64,000 nt of DNA from a virus: the IMG/VR virus record IMGVR_UViG_3300042563_002756; one strand, 5' to 3'. Positions 56,009-64,000 of this stretch are shown one piece after another. Each line of letters begins with the position of its first letter. The stretch's first letter is position 1. The notes beneath the pieces were generated by a model, which saw nothing but the letters and a program-made list of their open reading frames with translations, did no database searches and had not been told where the DNA came from. The position numbers and the translations under genes were made by a program.

Positions 56009-58186
56009 TTAAATACCTTTCTTTGCATCAATTAAATTTACATACTCGGCAATATCGCTTGCCTCTACGCGGTAAGTACTCAAACTAGTCAACAACGGAT
56101 AACGGCTGTTAACTGTGTTGAGTTCTGTTTGATACTTGGTCACAAGTGCTTCTGGGCTAAGGTTAGCTGTAGGAGCAAACTTGCGGAACAGTCTATCAAT
56201 ATTGTAGCGGTTTCCTGTGAACTTGTCAACCTTTACAAACACTGAAACCAGTTTAGCGTAAGGACTGTTGGCATCAATTTCAGCCAAAATATCTTTATTG
56301 TGGATGCCGTTGATAACATCGGCCCCCTCTAATGCACTCTTAACCAAACTCATCAACAGTTTGGAATTGTCCTTAGCAGCCAACTGATCAACAATGTGTT
56401 CTTCAAAGTTTTTCCAGTTTGGCTTCTTCTTGATATCTTCAATGTCGCTCTTACGCACACCATAGATTTCACCATTGAACAAATTGTGCAAGCTCTTGAC
56501 ATCTTCATGCATGTCCTTACCGCTAGTATAGCCTTTGGCACTTAGCATTGTGAAGCCGCTCAATGGTACATAGTAGTAGGTTTCTGTAGTGACAAACTTG
56601 CTAGTATCGCCTGCGGCACGCCAGACCATATCTTGCTCATCACGACGATAGCCACCGCCACCACGACGTTCCAACTTGAGAATTGAAACGTTCTTACCCA
56701 TGTTCTCACGTTCACGTTGCTTCAAGGTACTTGCGACAAAGCGACGAGCAAGCGGAGGTTCTTGGATAGCGGCAAAGAAAGACTTGGTATCCATGTCCTT
56801 AGTCTTGTCTGCCTTTTCCAAAATCCAGATAGCACGGCTGTAAACACCGCAACCAGTTTCACGATAGTGATAACGAGCACGTTCGCCGGCACCGGTCTTT
56901 AAATCATTGATGATGAAGTGACTGGCGTCATCAACCTGCACATGCCATTCTTGCCAAGTGATGTAATGTCCGGCAGCATTTTTTGCATGTCCGGGAGCGT
57001 ACTCTGTAGTGCTCTTACCAGTGGTCACAGCCTTGTTATGACGAGTCTGATGCAACTGTCGAATCTGGATGTTATAGTTAGCAGCCAAGTCCTCTACTTT
57101 AAACTCAAACCGCTTCAAACGGTTGTACTGTTTGTCGTCATAAGTAGGCAAAGCAGTGTCTTGAGCATACTTGCTCACAGCCGCGGTCCACAGTCGATGC
57201 TCTTTCTTCTTGAACAAGAACACAGCACGATCCCACAGGTTCTCAATAGCATCTGCTTCCTTGGCAATGACCACAGTCAACGCCGCATTGACTGCTTCCA
57301 ATTTACGTTTGATAGCCGCAACAGTTGATGGGATGTAACTGAGGCCTTCGCGGCTGGCTTGGAAGTCCAGTTCGCCAATACCAAAGTGCATTTCCAAACC
57401 GCAGACCAGCAACTGCTTCAACTCAGGCGGAATAGATCCGTCAGCGTTAGGCACCTCGATAGGATAAGCAATATTGCCCATAATGGCTGCACTGTTACTG
57501 CGATCCTTGAAACTATGCACACCGGGAACAATGTCGCGGCTTTCGTACTCAGCATCAACAAACTGGAAATCGGAACTGCCAGAAACAACCGGACGGAGAG
57601 CAAAGTGTTTGTAGACAACTCGAGCTTCTTGTCGGAACTTGTCAAAGTCGTAACGATCGTTGACGGAAAACTTAACTTCAACACCAGCAGGCTCTTCTGT
57701 AGCTTCCTGCATCATCAAGGCAATGCTGGGCACGCCTTCCCCGTTGATAAAAGCTGAGTAGATACCCTTAACGCCGTTTTGGATAGCAGTCACAGTGAAG
57801 TTGTCAGTGTAGCTGAACGGACTCTTTGAACCCAACCCCAGCGCACCAATAAACTCGTTGGAGTTTGTTTTAGTACTTTCAAAGTAAGTGGTGTAGATTT
57901 GGGTAACTTGCTGATGACTCAAGCCAGTGCCGTAGTCACGGATGGCAAAGTGCGGCTCCAATGTGTTGGGCAAATGCACATCAAACGGAGTGTCTTTCTT
58001 ACCTGCGGCTGCATGGCTGTCCACAGCATTGCAACTCAATTCGCGGATGATAGCACGGATCTTGTTAGCATACAAGCCCGAACTCAAAATGCTGAACGCT
58101 TTGGCAGAATTGCGAATACGGAACTCGCCAATTTCTGCTACGTTAGAAACAATAGCTTCGTTAACTGGAGCATTGTTGAGAATCAT
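56009..58186 (-). CDS. rIIA: rIIA-like protein with N-terminal GHKL ATPase-like domain
   Basis: KIRAIIRELSCNAVDSHA and GLGSKSPFSYTD match T4 rIIA (KIRAVVRELITN, GLGSKSPFSYTD). Confidence 0.85.
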   Translation of the reverse strand: MILNNAPVNEAIVSNVAEIGEFRIRNSAKAFSILSSGLYANKIRAIIRELSCNAVDSHAAAGKKDTPFDVHLPNTLEPHFAIRDYGTGLSHQQVTQIYTTYFESTKTNSNEFIGALGLGSKSPFSYTDNFTVTAIQNGVKGIYSAFINGEGVPSIALMMQEATEEPAGVEVKFSVNDRYDFDKFRQEARVVYKHFALRPVVSGSSDFQFVDAEYESRDIVPGVHSFKDRSNSAAIMGNIAYPIEVPNADGSIPPELKQLLVCGLEMHFGIGELDFQASREGLSYIPSTVAAIKRKLEAVNAALTVVIAKEADAIENLWDRAVFLFKKKEHRLWTAAVSKYAQDTALPTYDDKQYNRLKRFEFKVEDLAANYNIQIRQLHQTRHNKAVTTGKSTTEYAPGHAKNAAGHYITWQEWHVQVDDASHFIINDLKTGAGERARYHYRETGCGVYSRAIWILEKADKTKDMDTKSFFAAIQEPPLARRFVASTLKQRERENMGKNVSILKLERRGGGGYRRDEQDMVWRAAGDTSKFVTTETYYYVPLSGFTMLSAKGYTSGKDMHEDVKSLHNLFNGEIYGVRKSDIEDIKKKPNWKNFEEHIVDQLAAKDNSKLLMSLVKSALEGADVINGIHNKDILAEIDANSPYAKLVSVFVKVDKFTGNRYNIDRLFRKFAPTANLSPEALVTKYQTELNTVNSRYPLLTSLSTYRVEASDIAEYVNLIDAKKGI

Positions 58187-58218
58187 GTAAAACCTTTCAG
58201 TAGTGTGTTTGTCTGTAT

Positions 58219-58230
58219 GTATATATTATA
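58219..58230 (-). promoter_or_regulatory. TATAATATATAC promoter-like motif upstream of rIIA
   Basis: extended sigma70 -10-like element ~38 nt upstream of ATG, AAAGG RBS. Confidence 0.45.
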
Positions 58231-58270
58231 CAAGAAAAAACCAACCCTGTCAAGAGTTGGTTTGTCCAAA

Positions 58271-58474
58271 TTATCTACCCACTGCAATCAATCGAATTCG
58301 TAATGCGTTCAAACTTGACTGGATAGTCATAAGTTCTGCCAACGCTTTAGTGTAGTGACCATTGGGATGTTTATCATGTCCCAATTTACGATCCACACCC
58401 AGAGCCATTTTAACACTGGCAATGGCTGTGTCAACTGCTTCAATTCGTGCTTCGAGTTTTTCTAAGTCTGTCAT
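58271..58474 (-). CDS. hypothetical protein (67 aa)
   Basis: ORF. Confidence 0.4.
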   Translation of the reverse strand: MTDLEKLEARIEAVDTAIASVKMALGVDRKLGHDKHPNGHYTKALAELMTIQSSLNALRIRLIAVGR

Positions 58475-58668
58475 GTTGTTTCCTTTTCAATACACTGTTC
58501 CACATCCTGCAAGATACGCCGGAGTTCGGCAATATTGACTTCCAACATATGAGCCATAGTCTCTCGGATCGACTTGGTCAGGATGCTGGGATTCCGGTAG
58601 GTCTCCAACAGCATTTCCTTGCCGGCGATTGTGTTACGCAGATTACTTGCTACGGTTTGGATGTTCAT
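58471..58668 (-). CDS. hypothetical protein (65 aa)
   Basis: ORF, ATGA-coupled. Confidence 0.4.
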   Translation of the reverse strand: MNIQTVASNLRNTIAGKEMLLETYRNPSILTKSIRETMAHMLEVNIAELRRILQDVEQCIEKETT

Positions 58669-58883
58669 TCTTCAACTCCGAAATGTTCTAATTTTTCATT
58701 TAAGAGATTCCAACTGACACTATCAACTACGAACATATCACGGCAATCCTTAATACATTTCCGCACAATCAACTCGGCGAACTTTTCCATTACTATCTCG
58801 CCGTACATTTTGCCCTTTCGGTCAAATATCTCATCGGCAGCAGCCTCAGCCTGAATTTGAAGTTCTTTAATTCGTTCATTCAT
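58665..58883 (-). CDS. small protein, KFAELIVRKC ... HFGV family paralog
   Basis: MNERIKELQIQAEAA ... EKFAELIVRKC ... EHFGVEE. Confidence 0.5.
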   Translation of the reverse strand: MNERIKELQIQAEAAADEIFDRKGKMYGEIVMEKFAELIVRKCIKDCRDMFVVDSVSWNLLNEKLEHFGVEE

Positions 58884-59113
58884 TTTCCAACTCCGAAATG
58901 TTCTAAAATCTGTTCTCGGGCGGCGCCTAGCACAGCACTATCTCCACCATCAACATCTTCCAAGTTAGTATTGCTGGCAATGGCAGCACATTTTTTCACA
59001 ATCAACTCGGCGAACTTTTTACGGAAAATAAATTCCCATTCATCTAAGTCAGTCGTTTCCCGACTAGCATATTGACTAGCCTGGTCTTCAAGTTCTTTAA
59101 TTTGTTCGTTCAT
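58880..59113 (-). CDS. small protein, KFAELIVKKC ... HFGV family paralog
   Basis: MNEQIKELEDQASQ ... KKFAELIVKKC ... EHFGVGK; tandem with previous. Confidence 0.5.
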   Translation of the reverse strand: MNEQIKELEDQASQYASRETTDLDEWEFIFRKKFAELIVKKCAAIASNTNLEDVDGGDSAVLGAAREQILEHFGVGK

Positions 59114-59319
59114 TTCTTTTTTCCAATCTTGGTTACAACATCAGCCTTGCTCTGTAGCAGTTGGGCACGGAAGCGACGATATACTCGCAATGAGGCAATG
59201 CTCATAGGATCTTCCTTGCCTTCCAACTCTGCTATCTTAGCATCCAGTTCGGCTTCATGGGCACGATGACGTTCGACATCTGCCTTGAGCCCTTTAGTCT
59301 CGCCCCAAAAGAATTTCAT
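59110..59319 (-). CDS. hypothetical protein (69 aa)
   Basis: ORF. Confidence 0.4.
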   Translation of the reverse strand: MKFFWGETKGLKADVERHRAHEAELDAKIAELEGKEDPMSIASLRVYRRFRAQLLQSKADVVTKIGKKK

Positions 59320-59320
59320 A

Positions 59321-59614
59321 TCATCCCCACTTTAACATAAAGAACATAGCGTCCTTTTCGTTTTTGAATCTATACTCAAAAGGTCCAGGACTCCAACGAG
59401 GATTGTTATATCCGTCATTTCTGTGTCCAAACTGCTTCGAGCACCACTCTGTCATAGCATCCTTTTCTTCCCACCAATCACCGCCTGAATAATACACAGT
59501 GTATTTCTGGGGAGCAAGTTCTTCACGCACTCGCATTTCGAGAGTCCGAGGTCGTTTAGTAAACCAGTTCATAGGAGTATGCGGATAAAAACTATTAACG
59601 TCTAAATCAATCAT
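59321..59614 (-). CDS. hypothetical protein (97 aa)
   Basis: ORF. Confidence 0.4.
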   Translation of the reverse strand: MIDLDVNSFYPHTPMNWFTKRPRTLEMRVREELAPQKYTVYYSGGDWWEEKDAMTEWCSKQFGHRNDGYNNPRWSPGPFEYRFKNEKDAMFFMLKWG

Positions 59615-60147
59615 ACACCTACGAACCGGCTGGCTTCGGCGTGCAACCCTGCGTCACCCTTGGTCATCACAGCCAACAACAATCTCTTTTCCTCCAAGTA
59701 GGTCTTGGCGAAAGCAGGATCGTGAGCCATGATGCTACGGCTGTTAGAGATCAAATCTGCCAACTTGATGGTTTGTGCTTCAGCGGGAGCTTCGGCAGTG
59801 TGAGCACGGTCTATTGCCTTGCGGTGGGCACGATTGCCATCATGTGGTTGACTAACATCAGTCAACCATCCAACCAAGGTAGCAATGTCGATGCCAAAAG
59901 CCATATGGATGTCAGTAAAAGTACAACCAGTGTCTTCCACAACATCATGCAACCAAGCAGCCGCCACCATGTCCGGAGTTGAACCTGGAACGCCTGCTAC
60001 GATCTTGGCAACTTCAGCCGGGTGGACAATGTAGGGTTCGTTAGTGTACTTACGCCTCTGTCCAACTGCGGCGTGAGCAGCCATGGCATAGACTTGCGCC
60101 TTACGGACTACATCAAATCCGCTGAGATCCATTGTAAAATCTTCCAT
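59611..60147 (-). CDS. HD-domain phosphohydrolase, (p)ppGpp hydrolase (Mesh1/SpoT-HD)-like
   Basis: H ... HD metal-binding pattern (HPAEVA ... WLHDVVEDT). Confidence 0.7.
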   Translation of the reverse strand: MEDFTMDLSGFDVVRKAQVYAMAAHAAVGQRRKYTNEPYIVHPAEVAKIVAGVPGSTPDMVAAAWLHDVVEDTGCTFTDIHMAFGIDIATLVGWLTDVSQPHDGNRAHRKAIDRAHTAEAPAEAQTIKLADLISNSRSIMAHDPAFAKTYLEEKRLLLAVMTKGDAGLHAEASRFVGV

Positions 60148-60167
60148 GCTGCTCTCCTTGTTAATAA

Positions 60168-60179
60168 GTATATATTATA
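60168..60179 (-). promoter_or_regulatory. TATAATATATAC motif plus conserved RBS cassette upstream of HD gene
   Basis: ATAATATATACTTATTAACAAGGAGAGCAGCATGGAAG nearly identical to the cassette upstream of 60218..60826. Confidence 0.45.
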
Positions 60180-60217
60180 GCATGGATTTACCATGCTGTC
60201 AACCGGGATTTGACATC

Positions 60218-60826
60218 TTATTTAAATTTTGGACCCACTGCCCAGAATACAATTGATTTACGAACCCCACTGGTCAATGGTGTTACTCGATGATGAATGT
60301 ATGACGGGAATGATATAATTCTTCCTTTTTCTTGCGGAATAATTATTGGAGCATCGACATTGTCAGTAATTATTTCAAAGTCACCTCCTGTATAATCTGT
60401 ATTATCCGATAGTACTAAACTAAATGATAGTTTTCTTGGATTCCGCAACTCAACGGCTGAACTTAAACCAAATGCCATATCTGTATGATATGCATAATGT
60501 GATCCAATTTGGTTGTATACAGTATACTGAAATCGATCAAATCCAATTAAATCAAATTGAAAATTCTTATCATTTATAATATTTGCAACATATTCTAAAA
60601 TATCAAAAATCCACCCATTAGCATCGTTGATAAAATGAAATTTTGTTTCTGATATTCTAATATCTTTATTTTGATCTCGATTACCTATTGTAGCAGGATT
60701 TGTGCCTTGTTGGCTACAATATTTTTCAATGGCATCTAATATACTTAGATCAATCAAATTATCAGAAATTACATAAGGATATGTAATGTGATTTCTAATA
60801 ACTGGCATTTCAATTAGTGCTTCCAT
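60218..60826 (-). CDS. Fe(II)/2-oxoglutarate-dependent oxygenase (prolyl 4-hydroxylase-like)
   Basis: HTD (HxD), distal HHR, RKS 2OG-binding motif. Confidence 0.7.
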   Translation of the reverse strand: MEALIEMPVIRNHITYPYVISDNLIDLSILDAIEKYCSQQGTNPATIGNRDQNKDIRISETKFHFINDANGWIFDILEYVANIINDKNFQFDLIGFDRFQYTVYNQIGSHYAYHTDMAFGLSSAVELRNPRKLSFSLVLSDNTDYTGGDFEIITDNVDAPIIIPQEKGRIISFPSYIHHRVTPLTSGVRKSIVFWAVGPKFK

Positions 60827-60848
60827 GCTACTCTCCTTGCTAATAAGT

Positions 60849-60858
60849 GTATATTATA
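60849..60858 (-). promoter_or_regulatory. TATAATATAC motif plus conserved RBS cassette upstream of 2OG oxygenase gene
   Basis: ATAATATACACTTATTAGCAAGGAGAGTAGCATGGAAG. Confidence 0.45.
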
Positions 60859-60993
60859 ACATTGAAAGCAGGGCGTGTCAACCAGAATAGCAAACTAGAT
60901 TCTTATGAGCTTGTGTGCATCTAGCGCAAAAGAATCGCTGTAAAACGTTCTTCGGTGCTGATTTGTGTACTAAAGTTTATCTAAACTGTAAAC

Positions 60994-61224
60994 TCAAGTA
61001 CTAGTTTTGACTACTTCTAAAACGGTAATTTCCACAACCAAATGCTTACGCAGTAGCATGAACTTTTTGAACTTGGCTTCTATGTCCGCCCGAATGTACT
61101 CGTCATGATAAGGCATAGTAGCAACGTCCTCATAGGGTTCATCGTTTTCGTTTAACGCTATGAAACTGAGCTTTACTGTGCCCTGTTCGGGATCTTTGAA
61201 CATTTTAACAAATTTGTTGAACAT
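60994..61224 (-). CDS. hypothetical protein (76 aa)
   Basis: ORF. Confidence 0.4.
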   Translation of the reverse strand: MFNKFVKMFKDPEQGTVKLSFIALNENDEPYEDVATMPYHDEYIRADIEAKFKKFMLLRKHLVVEITVLEVVKTST

Positions 61225-61232
61225 GCAAATAT

Positions 61233-61778
61233 TTAGTGATGCCCTTTAATTTCGTTATCTTTAATCATACGAACTGCCCGATCCATGGTGATTACAATTT
61301 CCCCAGTTGAGTCCATACCCACATCCATGCAACGATATTTTTCCATCCCTGTAGTGCCACCGTGCAAGTGACCGTGAAAGTGCAGAGCACCACGATGCAT
61401 CTGATCCCATTCATAGATAGGATAGTGAAACATCACGCACTTGTGTCCGTCATAGGTAACATCCAAATACTTATGTACTTCAACAAATGCATCGCGGAAT
61501 GTTACATCCATTAGGGTCTTGCGGTCATGGTTGCCTTCTACAAGGATCTTATCTCCGTTCAACCGATTCATCATTCGTCCAGCATCACTTCCTGACATAA
61601 ACGCTACATCGCCTAAGATGTAGACTAAATCACCTGGCTCCACTTTGGCATTCCATTCTTCTACCATTGCGCTATTCATATAGCCGACATCGTCACGGAA
61701 TCGTGCTCGTGTTTGTGGACAGAACTTCATGATGTTCTTGTGCCCGAAATGGAGATCCGAAGTAATCCAAGTTTTCAT
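61233..61778 (-). CDS. calcineurin-like metallophosphoesterase
   Basis: DLHFGH, GDVAF, GNHD, GHLHG phosphoesterase motifs. Confidence 0.85.
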   Translation of the reverse strand: MKTWITSDLHFGHKNIMKFCPQTRARFRDDVGYMNSAMVEEWNAKVEPGDLVYILGDVAFMSGSDAGRMMNRLNGDKILVEGNHDRKTLMDVTFRDAFVEVHKYLDVTYDGHKCVMFHYPIYEWDQMHRGALHFHGHLHGGTTGMEKYRCMDVGMDSTGEIVITMDRAVRMIKDNEIKGHH

Positions 61779-61813
61779 ATTATTTCCTATTATACAGCCA
61801 GTGACCTATACCG

Positions 61814-62278
61814 TCAACTGGCATACCAAATTTCTTTAAACCCTTCTTCCTCAGTGGGCTCTTCCCAACTGGCAATCATGCTGGCAATAACATGATCCGG
61901 AATCTCTTTGCCAGGGCGGCTCATCAATCGGCGCATAAGTTCTTTGTGTTCAGGTGTCTTAAACACTATTGCAATATGCTCATAGTCAGGTAACATGTTA
62001 AACTTGCGAGTACGACTTGCAAGAGTAGTACTAGTTTGATCCCAGATAATATCTCGATTCATTTCACGAGCCGCAACAACTTCCTTGGCCATAAGGTCTA
62101 CAGCAGTGGGCATAAAGTCTACAAACACTTCGCTGTAGGTGCGTCCTACTTCCTTTGCGTAGATTTCAACCCACTTGTCTGTGCTAATACAAGAGCAGGT
62201 TAACGCCCAGTCTTGTTCAGCCACCCAAGTACTTTTACCTGAACCAGGCACTCCAATCAATTGATAACATTTTGCCAT
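61814..62278 (-). CDS. polynucleotide 5'-kinase domain protein (T4 Pnk kinase-like P-loop NTPase)
   Basis: LIGVPGSGKSTW matches T4 Pnk TIGCPGSGKSTW; later blocks DQTSTTLASR and RPGKEIPDHVIASM parallel Pnk. Confidence 0.7.
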   Translation of the reverse strand: MAKCYQLIGVPGSGKSTWVAEQDWALTCSCISTDKWVEIYAKEVGRTYSEVFVDFMPTAVDLMAKEVVAAREMNRDIIWDQTSTTLASRTRKFNMLPDYEHIAIVFKTPEHKELMRRLMSRPGKEIPDHVIASMIASWEEPTEEEGFKEIWYAS

Positions 62279-62746
62279 TTAATCTACACTCCTAAAAGTT
62301 CGCCAATCATCTACATTTGGCTTTTCATCTTCATCATAAGTCCAACCCAGAGACTTCATCATGCGATGTTTGACCAACAGGTTAGGACTACGGAATCGAC
62401 CAGTGTCATCGAAGCCCATCATGACTCCAACTTCGCACACTGCGCCACTACGGCAAATGCCTGCAAAGCAGTGAACAACTACATTCATACGGTTGGCTAG
62501 TGCATGTTGTAGCAGTCGAACAAGCTCGTTAGCCTGCTCTTGACTACACCGCATGGCTTCTTCAAGAACAACATCATTCTTTTCCACATCTAGAAATTCA
62601 AAATTATGAATCTCTTTGAACTTGTGTGCGGGCACAGGGCGCCAGCTGGCCGGATCAACAATGCTGATCAGCATACTGTTCTCACCTGCCTCATGATGAA
62701 ACCTAGTTGGTATATCAGCGGCTGCTACATTTTCAATCCATGGCAT
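62279..62746 (-). CDS. Cys-based (CX5R) protein phosphatase, dual-specificity/PTP-like
   Basis: VHCFAGICRSG CX5R(S) P-loop. Confidence 0.75.
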   Translation of the reverse strand: MPWIENVAAADIPTRFHHEAGENSMLISIVDPASWRPVPAHKFKEIHNFEFLDVEKNDVVLEEAMRCSQEQANELVRLLQHALANRMNVVVHCFAGICRSGAVCEVGVMMGFDDTGRFRSPNLLVKHRMMKSLGWTYDEDEKPNVDDWRTFRSVD

Positions 62747-62817
62747 GTGGTTCTCCTTTTAAACTCTTTCTAATTATAGCATAACTTTACCACTTAGTCA
62801 AGCTAGTAAATAATAGT

Positions 62818-63042
62818 ATGGTCAATCCCAAAACTCGAATCCAAGAAAAGTTAGACGATTTAAACGAACTACTGAACCACTATACGTATCCTACAAAAGG
62901 AGAAACACTGGCGGCACAAAAGGGTCTAATGTTAGGTTGGTTGGCTAGATTAGCTTCAACTGACTATATTGTTGCTCAGGAACTAGAGGCCCGGTTGCAT
63001 TTGGCTAAGCAGAAGAATTTATCCTCAAAAGGTACATCGTAA
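62818..63042 (+). CDS. hypothetical protein (74 aa)
   Basis: ORF, one of few plus-strand genes. Confidence 0.4.
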   Translation: MVNPKTRIQEKLDDLNELLNHYTYPTKGETLAAQKGLMLGWLARLASTDYIVAQELEARLHLAKQKNLSSKGTS

Positions 63043-63262
63043 CTTCAGGCCCGTCAACTTTGACAAGATCTCCAGGATACTTGTTACTACCAGTATACCA
63101 TTTACTTGCACCTCGTCCTGCTTCGATAACCGTAATCAGTTTAGGATTAAGTTTCTTTACAGTGCCTAGTTCTAGACTATTGTGGCTAGGATAGCAGACA
63201 GCATCGCCCACTGCCAACATTCGTCCTAGTTTGTCTCGGTGTTCTGGTTGTGCCTTTGCCAC
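63005..63262 (-). CDS. hypothetical protein (85 aa)
   Basis: ORF. Confidence 0.4.
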   Translation of the reverse strand: MAKAQPEHRDKLGRMLAVGDAVCYPSHNSLELGTVKKLNPKLITVIEAGRGASKWYTGSNKYPGDLVKVDGPEVTMYLLRINSSA

Positions 63263-63263
63263 G

Positions 63264-63491
63264 TTAAACTCTTTCTCTCTTCATGCCGCCAATACGGCTC
63301 GCTTTGTTCCAATCGTAGGCAACACCATCTGGGCACAGCCCATCCTTCACGCTATCTACACCGAACATACCTACGATTTCAAAATCTGGTCCTGTGATAG
63401 ACACAAACTCGTTCATCTCTTTGGCAGTGTGCATTGCTTCTTCTAATGAAGCAACTTCGGAAATTATATCTTTACCTTTTACTTTATACAT
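63264..63491 (-). CDS. hypothetical protein (75 aa), possibly leaderless
   Basis: TATAATATATAG directly abuts ATG (TSS predicted at A of ATG). Confidence 0.4.
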   Translation of the reverse strand: MYKVKGKDIISEVASLEEAMHTAKEMNEFVSITGPDFEIVGMFGVDSVKDGLCPDGVAYDWNKASRIGGMKRERV

Positions 63492-63528
63492 CTATATATT
63501 ATACTTTCTTTTCAACATTTAGTCAAGA

Positions 63529-63554
63529 GAAAGCCCTACCGAAGTAGGGCTTAT
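63529..63554 (-). terminator. rho-independent terminator after tRNA-Gly
   Basis: AAGCCCTAC-cgaa-GTAGGGCTT perfect 9-bp stem, then T-rich run on minus strand. Confidence 0.65.
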
Positions 63555-63629
<75 letters not shown>

Positions 63630-63770
63630 TTATCTTGTGAATTTTCTTACTAGTTTTAGCCAGTAGTATTTAACTCCGCGGAATGATGGAGGCCAATCCA
63701 TTCCGAAACTAGGAGTTATTTCTTTTGGGACATTACCGTATGCTTTGTCAAGCGTTTCTTTTACTTTCAT
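63630..63770 (-). CDS. small ORF (46 aa) immediately upstream of tRNA-Gly
   Basis: AAAGGAG RBS 5 nt before ATG; MKVKETLDKAYGNVPKEITPSFGMDWPPSFRGVKYYWLKLVRKFTR. Confidence 0.4.
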   Translation of the reverse strand: MKVKETLDKAYGNVPKEITPSFGMDWPPSFRGVKYYWLKLVRKFTR

Positions 63771-63804
63771 GTCTACTCCTTTAGTTAACAGGTTCTCATT
63801 TTAT

Positions 63805-63862
63805 GTGCTACCACTACACCAACACCGCTGACCAAGCAGTGCCCAGGATTCGAACCTGGCCC
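63805..63862 (-). other. tRNA-like fragments in non-canonical order (T-arm GGCCAGGTTCGAATCCTGG followed by a 5'-half-like GCGGTGTTGGTGTAGTGGTAGCAC)
   Basis: canonical T-loop and D-arm-like segments on minus strand but permuted; no intact cloverleaf found. Confidence 0.3.
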
Positions 63863-64000
63863 GTCTTTTTTACAGAAAGTTTAATAAGATTGCTGAAAAG
63901 AACCTAAATGGTCAAACCATTTGTTATATTGTAGATTTTATCAGTTTATTGTTCTACAACCTCACGACGCCATGGCAGCTATACTGCCGCACTGCTCGAT

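Noticed and set aside
56353-58190. Several short ORFs on both strands inside rIIA (for example 56918..57328, 57359..57757, 57942..58190)
   Set aside because: Embedded in a 725-aa ORF with clear rIIA homology across its N-terminal half.
63805-63862. A second intact tRNA next to tRNA-Gly
   Set aside because: T-arm and D-arm-like pieces are in permuted order and no acceptor pairing or anticodon arm could be built by hand; reported only as fragments.

Overview
This window reads as part of a large T4-like virulent myovirus genome, gene-dense and almost entirely on the minus strand. Recognisable phage core and auxiliary genes are: PhoH; the gp44-like clamp-loader ATPase; a GroES-like co-chaperonin; the rIIA/rIIB pair; dCMP deaminase; a polynucleotide-kinase kinase domain next to a calcineurin-like phosphoesterase and a CX5R phosphatase; ClpP; MazG; an HD (p)ppGpp-hydrolase-like protein; 2OG-Fe(II) oxygenases; UV-damage endonuclease UvdE; GTP cyclohydrolase I; and a PTPS/QueD-like T-fold protein. 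A tail-fibre module (about 6.3-13.2 kb) has three collagen-like (Gly-X-Y) genes; the largest carries internal tandem repeats and a C-terminal S74-type intramolecular chaperone (SDxRLKE) domain. A nucleotide-sugar and glycosylation set is present: a truncated UDP-glucose dehydrogenase-like gene, UDP-glucuronate decarboxylase, two cytidylyltransferase paralogs and several glycosyltransferases. Host-interaction genes include a BI-1/YccA-like membrane protein, an SPFH/HflC-like lipoprotein and an S11 DD-carboxypeptidase. A tRNA-Gly(GCC) with adjacent tRNA-like fragments lies near the 3' end. The most striking feature is an ~18 kb very AT-rich island (about 31.3-49.5 kb; the few 60-nt stretches hand-counted gave about 18% GC there against roughly 40-55% in the flanks) packed with enzymes atypical for phages: four paralogous PP-loop ATP-pyrophosphatase-like proteins; two B12-binding radical-SAM paralogs; two acyl-CoA/acyl-lipid Delta9 desaturase paralogs; an ANL adenylating enzyme; an SDR; a BKACE (Kce) beta-keto-acid cleavage enzyme; a Rieske oxygenase-like protein; and three orphan solute-binding proteins (two TctC-like, one DctP-like without signal peptide). 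This looks like a previously undescribed phage-borne biosynthetic or tailoring system of unknown product. A recurrent TATAATATA(T)AC promoter-like motif and T4-type late promoter TATAAATA variants were also seen. All calls are from reading the sequence and translations only; no searches were run.
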